From Bacteroidota bacterium (GTDB lineage Bacteria > Bacteroidota > Bacteroidia > Cytophagales > Cytophagaceae), in assembly GCA_023458555.1 (NCBI GenBank), contig JAEWYS010000015.1, positions 123,011-187,010 of the forward strand: a stretch of 64,000 nt of DNA. Reading direction: 5' to 3'. This document shows positions 58,779 through 64,000 of this stretch, one piece after another. The notes beneath the pieces were generated by a model, which worked only from the letters and a program-made list of their open reading frames with translations, ran no database searches and was not told the DNA's origin. The number at the start of each line of letters is the position of its first letter. Positions within the stretch are counted from its first letter, which is position 1. The position numbers were made by a program, and so were the translations under genes.

Positions 58779-59818
58779 ATCTGTGCATCGGATAGTTTGA
58801 AACGTGCCAGAAACTTATTTTTTCTGGGCAAAATCATGAGCTCAATAACGAGTAACGCAAGGGCAATAAGCAAATAAAGCTGATAATCATCTTCATAATC
58901 AATGACCATTTTTTCCTTAAACTCAGTCTTTTCCATACCTTTTAGCTGCTCGTATATTCTGTCCAGACCAATGCCGTAGTTATTGGCCAGTATAAAGCTG
59001 CCCTTGCCGGCAGCTGCTATTTCGTTCAGCAATTGCTCATTGAGGCGGGAAACGACCACATTGCCCTGTCTGTCCTTGCGAAATTCTTTTTTTCCGTAAC
59101 GATTGACTGTCGGAATAGGAACTCCTTCTTTTCTTCCAAGCCCGATTGTATGAACGGATATGCCGGCTTCTGCTGCTTGCCTGGCTATGTCCACAGCATT
59201 TTCTTCGTGATTCTCGCCATCCGTTATGAGGATTATTGCCTTATCGCTTTTTTTGTCCTCAGAAAAGGACTTCATTGCCATTTTGAGCGCTCCGCCGATA
59301 TCTGTTCCCTGAGTGCTGATAATGTCCGTATCGATACCTCGGAGATACATTTTAATAACGGCATAGTCTGTCGTCAGTGGTACTGGATAAAATGATTTAC
59401 CGGCAAAAATGATTAATCCGACACGGTCACCACGGATTTTGCTCAAAAGCTGAATGATTTCCTGACGGGCTTTCTCCAGCCGGCTTGGGCTTATATCCTC
59501 TGCTTTCATACTGTTGGAAATATCAAGAGCGATGATTACTTCAGCCCCTTTTACTTTTACCTTGTCCATACGGGCTCCGGTCTGAGGGTTGGCAATGGCT
59601 ATAATAAGAAAAACCAGTCCGATCAGTAGGGTTATATTTTTCCAGATCAGACTGCCTGGCGATGAAGCAGCAAAGAGCTGTTGACGTATATGCTCAGGTC
59701 CGAGAAGTCTGTATGTTTTTTTTCTGTAGTAATTACGAAGGATGAAAAGAAGCAACAATACCGGGATTATCAGTAATACCCAGAACGCATACGTATATTC
59801 AAATTTCCAGTTTTCCAT
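58775..59818 (-). CDS. batB: VWA-domain membrane protein (BatB-like)
   Basis: N-terminal TMs and MIDAS LDISNSM in a von Willebrand A domain (…IILITDGENH…). C-terminal TM. 4-nt overlap with batC. Confidence 0.85.
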   Translation of the reverse strand: MENWKFEYTYAFWVLLIIPVLLLLFILRNYYRKKTYRLLGPEHIRQQLFAASSPGSLIWKNITLLIGLVFLIIAIANPQTGARMDKVKVKGAEVIIALDISNSMKAEDISPSRLEKARQEIIQLLSKIRGDRVGLIIFAGKSFYPVPLTTDYAVIKMYLRGIDTDIISTQGTDIGGALKMAMKSFSEDKKSDKAIILITDGENHEENAVDIARQAAEAGISVHTIGLGRKEGVPIPTVNRYGKKEFRKDRQGNVVVSRLNEQLLNEIAAAGKGSFILANNYGIGLDRIYEQLKGMEKTEFKEKMVIDYEDDYQLYLLIALALLVIELMILPRKNKFLARFKLSDAQI

Positions 59819-59824
59819 GTCTTT

Positions 59825-60799
59825 CTATGAAAGTATAGCTAAAAAAGTGTTTCTCAGAAAAACTTCAATAAGCAAAAGTGCCAGCGCAATAATAGCCAGC
59901 GGATAAAACTCTTCGGTACTGTTTTGGTACTCAGTGACGTCCAGCTTGGTTTTTTCCAGCTGGTCAATCTCATCATAAATACCGCTCAAGGTATTTTTGT
60001 CTTTGGCACGAAAGTATTTTCCGCCAGTCTGTGTGGCAATTTCCCTGAGCATACGCTCGTCAAGCTCGGCTTTTATAGGGCCATAGGGAGTCATTACAGT
60101 TGCCTGATCGGTACCGACTCCTACAGTATATACTTTAACTCCTTCTGCCTGTGCAAGCTCAGCTGCCGTACGCGGTGAGACAGAGCCCTGATTATTGACT
60201 CCGTCTGTGAGCAAAATGACAATCCTGCTGGCCGCATCGCTTTTTCTCAACCGGTTAACGGCTGTAGCAAGTCCCATACCTATACCTGTACCATCTTTCA
60301 GCAGTTTGGGTTCGATCTGGTCCATCAACTGATTCAGATTGGCGTGATCGGTAGTAAGTGGACACTGAGTAAGACTTTCTCCTGCAAATATGACCAGCCC
60401 GATACGATCGTATGGTCGTTTGCGAACAAACTCTTTGGCTACTTCTTTGGAAACCTGCAGGCGATCGGGTTTGAAATCTGTGGCCAGCATACTGATGGAC
60501 ACATCCTGTGAAATAATGATATCTATGCCCTCTACAGAAGAATCTTTCCAGCTGTCAAATGTCTGAGGACGGCAAAGAGCTACAATAATGCAGGAGAGTG
60601 CAAGTATTCGAAGTACAAACGGTATATGGCGCAAATACACACGAAATCCGGGTTTGATATCCCTGAATACACTTGTGCCGGAGACGGTATAAGCAGGATA
60701 AATCCGTCGCTGCCGCACTATATACCATACGATAAGGGGTATAAGGCCGATAAACAGGTAGAAATATTCCGGATTCTTAAATGCTATATCATTCATCAT
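59825..60799 (-). CDS. batA: VWA-domain membrane protein (BatA-like)
   Basis: N-terminal TMs, MIDAS SQDVSISM, ...VILLTDGVNN..., and a C-terminal TM. Confidence 0.85.
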   Translation of the reverse strand: MMNDIAFKNPEYFYLFIGLIPLIVWYIVRQRRIYPAYTVSGTSVFRDIKPGFRVYLRHIPFVLRILALSCIIVALCRPQTFDSWKDSSVEGIDIIISQDVSISMLATDFKPDRLQVSKEVAKEFVRKRPYDRIGLVIFAGESLTQCPLTTDHANLNQLMDQIEPKLLKDGTGIGMGLATAVNRLRKSDAASRIVILLTDGVNNQGSVSPRTAAELAQAEGVKVYTVGVGTDQATVMTPYGPIKAELDERMLREIATQTGGKYFRAKDKNTLSGIYDEIDQLEKTKLDVTEYQNSTEEFYPLAIIALALLLIEVFLRNTFLAILS

Positions 60800-61743
60800 T
60801 CAGTCTCCTCTTTTGATTGATCATGAGAAGTGCGCTCAATAAACTGCCGGGCACTGTTCATGCTTTGTTCATTTTCGGGTGCCAGCGGAGTATATTTAGC
60901 GAACTTGACCGCATCTGCAAGCCGCAGTAGTTGCCCGAGGTTTTCGTACAGCTGCTTATCTGTGCCAGCCGGAGAATATTTCAGCATTGCAAGGATAGCG
61001 CCGGACGTCTGCTCGAGAGCAGGAATAGCGAATCGGGCTTCGATATAACGTCTGACAATTTCGGTCAGGTTGCTATGATATGCTTTATGCTGGTTTTTTT
61101 GCCAGAGCTTTTCACTTTCCAGTTTTTGCAGCGCTTCGAGTGCGACAATATGCGCAGGTATGACAGGAGCGGAGGGTACAGGTGTCTGTCGGGGCTGTTT
61201 TCTGCGATACAGCAGATACCATACAAGAGCTGCAACCGGAACAAGCAACAGAAGCCACCACATCCATGTGTAATTGCCGGGTAGAACAGGTGCCGGTATA
61301 ATAGTAACAGGCTTTATATCTTTGGGTGCCTGTGCCGTATCTACTGCAACATCCTGAACATAAAAGGAAACCGGCTGACTCTTCAATGTATCTCTGGTAA
61401 GACTGTCATATATGATAAATTTAAATGCCGGAATAGTATGAGCGCCTGTGTCAAAGGATGTAATGGTTAACTGACGAATATAGTCGCGTCTATCTTTCTT
61501 CTGAATGGAGTCGGTTTGGCTTTGCTCAATGACTTCTATGGCTGATGTAAGCGTGTCTCCTGATGCAGATATCGTACAAAAGAAATCAGCATTTACTGAG
61601 GCCCGGAGTTGCAGGGTCGTCTGTTCACCAATACGAATGGTATCCCGGGCAGGAATTGCTTCAACCCGGTGGTTCTGAGTATAACCGGGAAAGGAGAATA
61701 TCAGCAGGGGCAGCAGTCCAAAAATCAATATATTCTTCATCAT
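60796..61743 (-). CDS. membrane protein of the Bat operon (extracytoplasmic Ig-like part + TM + DUF4381-like helical tail)
   Basis: Signal peptide, about 150-aa extracytoplasmic region, TM (WMWWLLLLVPVAALVWYLLY), then ...ALEALQKLE...IVRRYIEARF...LRLADAVKFAKY... as in DUF4381-type operon members. 4-nt overlaps on both sides. Confidence 0.6.
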   Translation of the reverse strand: MMKNILIFGLLPLLIFSFPGYTQNHRVEAIPARDTIRIGEQTTLQLRASVNADFFCTISASGDTLTSAIEVIEQSQTDSIQKKDRRDYIRQLTITSFDTGAHTIPAFKFIIYDSLTRDTLKSQPVSFYVQDVAVDTAQAPKDIKPVTIIPAPVLPGNYTWMWWLLLLVPVAALVWYLLYRRKQPRQTPVPSAPVIPAHIVALEALQKLESEKLWQKNQHKAYHSNLTEIVRRYIEARFAIPALEQTSGAILAMLKYSPAGTDKQLYENLGQLLRLADAVKFAKYTPLAPENEQSMNSARQFIERTSHDQSKEETE

Positions 61744-62606
61744 CGGTTTTTAAACAGCATAATCAGTGGGTTAACATAGGATTGATCAGTACGGATTTCC
61801 GTATAGTCGATTCCCGCTTTACGGAACAGGTTTTTAGTCCGTGCAGCCTGCTCTTTACGATGTTTACCAAACTGTTCCCGTACAGCTTTGCTCGCTGTGT
61901 CAACATACAGTTCCTGTCCGCTTTCGGCATCGAGCATCCGGACGATACCAAGATCGGGAAGCTCTTCTTCCAGAGGGTCATAGATGCGCAGTCCGATCAG
62001 ATCATGTTTATTGCGGGCAGATCGCAAAGACTGTTCTATATCCTGATAATCCATGAAATCAGAAATCAAGAAGGCCGTACAACGTTTTTTGATGACGTTC
62101 ACAAAGTATCCTAACGTTTCGGAAATATTGGTGTCTTTTTGCTCCGGTTCAAAATTAAGAAGTTCGCGAATCAGTGTGAGCACATGGCTCCGTCCTTTTT
62201 TGGGAGGAATAAACTTTTCAATTTTCCCGCTAAACAGAATCGCTCCGATTTTATCATTGTTCTGTATGGCAGAAAATGCCAGAACAGCTGCGACTTCTGT
62301 TATCCGTTCTTTTTTCAGACCGTAGTTTCCGCCATACGCACCGGACGCGCTTACATCGATCAGTAGCATGAGGGTCAGCTCACGCTCTTCTTCGAAAATT
62401 TTAATATACGGATGATTGAAACGGGCGGTAACTTTCCAGTCTATAGTCCGGATATCATCACCGGGCTGATATTCTCTGACCTCACTAAAGGCCATTCCGC
62501 GCCCTTTGAAAGCACTGTGATACTCTCCGGCAAAAATATTGGTTGAAAGGCCTTTGGTTTTTATTTCGATAGCGCGAACCTTCTTTAACAATTCAGATGT
62601 CTGCAT
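61740..62606 (-). CDS. DUF58-family protein (MoxR-operon partner)
   Basis: ...FSEVREYQPGDDIRTIDWKVTAR... DUF58 signature and a VWA-like remnant (LLIDVSASG). Confidence 0.87.
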   Translation of the reverse strand: MQTSELLKKVRAIEIKTKGLSTNIFAGEYHSAFKGRGMAFSEVREYQPGDDIRTIDWKVTARFNHPYIKIFEEERELTLMLLIDVSASGAYGGNYGLKKERITEVAAVLAFSAIQNNDKIGAILFSGKIEKFIPPKKGRSHVLTLIRELLNFEPEQKDTNISETLGYFVNVIKKRCTAFLISDFMDYQDIEQSLRSARNKHDLIGLRIYDPLEEELPDLGIVRMLDAESGQELYVDTASKAVREQFGKHRKEQAARTKNLFRKAGIDYTEIRTDQSYVNPLIMLFKNR

Positions 62607-62633
62607 GCTTCTTCTGTTCTTTGTAAAAAAGGT

Positions 62634-63638
62634 TTATGGAACTTCTACTTTATTGAGTATTTCAGTGATAATATGCTGAGTCGTTACATTGTCCGCCTCA
62701 GCCTCGTAGCTAAGACCAATCCGGTGGCGAAGCACGTCATGACATACTTCCCGGACATCTTCCGGAATCACATAACCCCGGTGATGGATGAAGGCATATG
62801 CTCTGGCTGCAATAGCGAGACTTATGCTGGCACGCGGAGAGGCTCCGAAACTGATGTAGTTTTTGACAGAGCCAAGCCCTGCACCTTCCGGATCGCGGGT
62901 TGCAAATACCAGATCAACGATATAATTCTCGATTTTTTCATCCAGATATATTTCGGTTACCAGATTGCGGGCGTTTATGATATCCTGAGGTTTTACTACT
63001 GGTAAAGCGAAAGGTCTTTGTTTTCCGATATTCTGACGTATGATGCGTTTTTCTTCCTCTTTTTTAGGATAATCAATGATCACTTTCAGCATAAAACGGT
63101 CTACCTGAGCTTCCGGAAGAGGATAGGTTCCTTCCTGTTCGACCGGGTTCTGGGTTGCCAGTACCAGAAAAGGCTCTTCCATCCGGTAACTGGTATCACC
63201 AATAGTGACCTGTCGTTCCTGCATTACTTCAAGCAGTGCACTTTGTACTTTAGCCGGGGCGCGGTTTATTTCGTCGGCCAGGATAAAGTTGGAAAAAATC
63301 GGTCCTTTGCGAAGCGTAAATTCTTCATTTCGCTGGCTATATACCATAGTACCGATCAGGTCTGCCGGAAGCAGATCGGGAGTGAACTGTATACGGCTAA
63401 AATCGACATCAATGGCTGTTGCCAGGGTATTTATTGCCAGTGTTTTGGCTAAGCCAGGGACGCCTTCGAGTAAAATATGACCATTAGCCAGCAAGGCAAT
63501 GATCAACCGTTCAGACAGTTTTTCCTGTCCGACTATGACCTTGTTCATTTCCATTCGGAGAAGGTCGATAAACGCACTTTCCCTGGCTATTTTTTCATTA
63601 ATTTCTCTAATGTCAATTCCTGTTTCTGTCGCGTTCAT
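62634..63638 (-). CDS. MoxR-family AAA+ ATPase
   Basis: Walker A LLEGVPGLAKT, Walker B ...ILADEINRA..., sensor ...VLATQNP... The start is taken at ATG 63638 (MNATETG...). The ORF track extends to 63701. Confidence 0.92.
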   Translation of the reverse strand: MNATETGIDIREINEKIARESAFIDLLRMEMNKVIVGQEKLSERLIIALLANGHILLEGVPGLAKTLAINTLATAIDVDFSRIQFTPDLLPADLIGTMVYSQRNEEFTLRKGPIFSNFILADEINRAPAKVQSALLEVMQERQVTIGDTSYRMEEPFLVLATQNPVEQEGTYPLPEAQVDRFMLKVIIDYPKKEEEKRIIRQNIGKQRPFALPVVKPQDIINARNLVTEIYLDEKIENYIVDLVFATRDPEGAGLGSVKNYISFGASPRASISLAIAARAYAFIHHRGYVIPEDVREVCHDVLRHRIGLSYEAEADNVTTQHIITEILNKVEVP

Positions 63639-63933
63639 AAATTCATTTACTAAAATCGTTGAATATAAAAAGTAGTGATCCGGGACAAAATACCGGGCCA
63701 TTAACTCTGCATTTGTGAATGGCCTGATATCAAAAGTCAGACCATTTTTTATTTAGGCGTAATGATGCCTGAAAATTAAGAATCTGCTTTGGCGATGCGG
63801 TTAAAATTATTTAGGATAAATCTTTTTTTCAAGCCGGATCCGAAAAAATGTCAGAGACTTTCCGACAGGCGGTAAATTTGAATGACTGTCTGGTGTATGA
63901 TAAATAGTTGTTATCCAGACATGAATAAAGGAG

Positions 63934-63961
63934 GCTCCCCTGGCTGACAGGGCAGGGGAGC
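63934..63961. other. GC-rich hairpin near the window edge (possible terminator of an off-window gene)
   Basis: gctcccctg (63934-63942) pairs perfectly with caggggagc (63953-63961). An alternative inner pairing ccctg/caggg exists. Confidence 0.3.
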
Positions 63962-64000
63962 ATTGGAGATTGATATCGGGATATTCGTTATTTCTTCGTT

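Overview
This window looks like a densely coding chromosomal segment from a Bacteroidota bacterium. Supporting evidence: a type IX secretion (T9SS) C-terminal sorting domain, a complete Bat/MoxR-VWA aerotolerance-type operon, a DUF1573 protein, TAnnTTTG-type promoter boxes, and eukaryote-type glycogen enzymes. I support about 50 protein genes and two tandem tRNA-Lys(UUU) genes. I found no rRNA, CRISPR array, prophage or intact insertion sequence.

Housekeeping genes: thyA, gpsA, maf, dapA, ligA, mtgA, a class A PBP, acpH, ald, dnaG and a Fe/Mn superoxide dismutase.

Carbohydrate and envelope genes: otsB, a GH13 branching enzyme, a GT3 glycogen synthase, and a Wzx/Wzy-type glycan cluster at about 39.7-47.2 kb. 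That cluster has three GT4 transferases nearby, two O-antigen-ligase/polymerase-family proteins, a Wzz-like protein and a flippase.

The most unusual locus is at 47.3-54.4 kb. A 7TMR-DISM membrane receptor there has, as its only cytoplasmic module, the zinc-ribbon/HTH N-terminus of an IS1595-type transposase with no DDE catalytic domain. It is transcribed divergently from a 1678-aa T9SS-sorted subtilase, across a spacer carrying an exact 16-nt direct repeat at 100-bp spacing.

Other points worth follow-up:
- basic low-complexity N-terminal tails on both glycogen enzymes
- a fused E1 alpha/beta dehydrogenase translationally coupled to a DCC thiol-disulfide oxidoreductase
- an alpha-oxoamine synthase that may make a sphingoid or capnoid lipid base
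- a small secreted Lys/Cys-rich peptide
- variations on the Bat operon

All calls rest on reading the ORF translations for family motifs. No database search was run.
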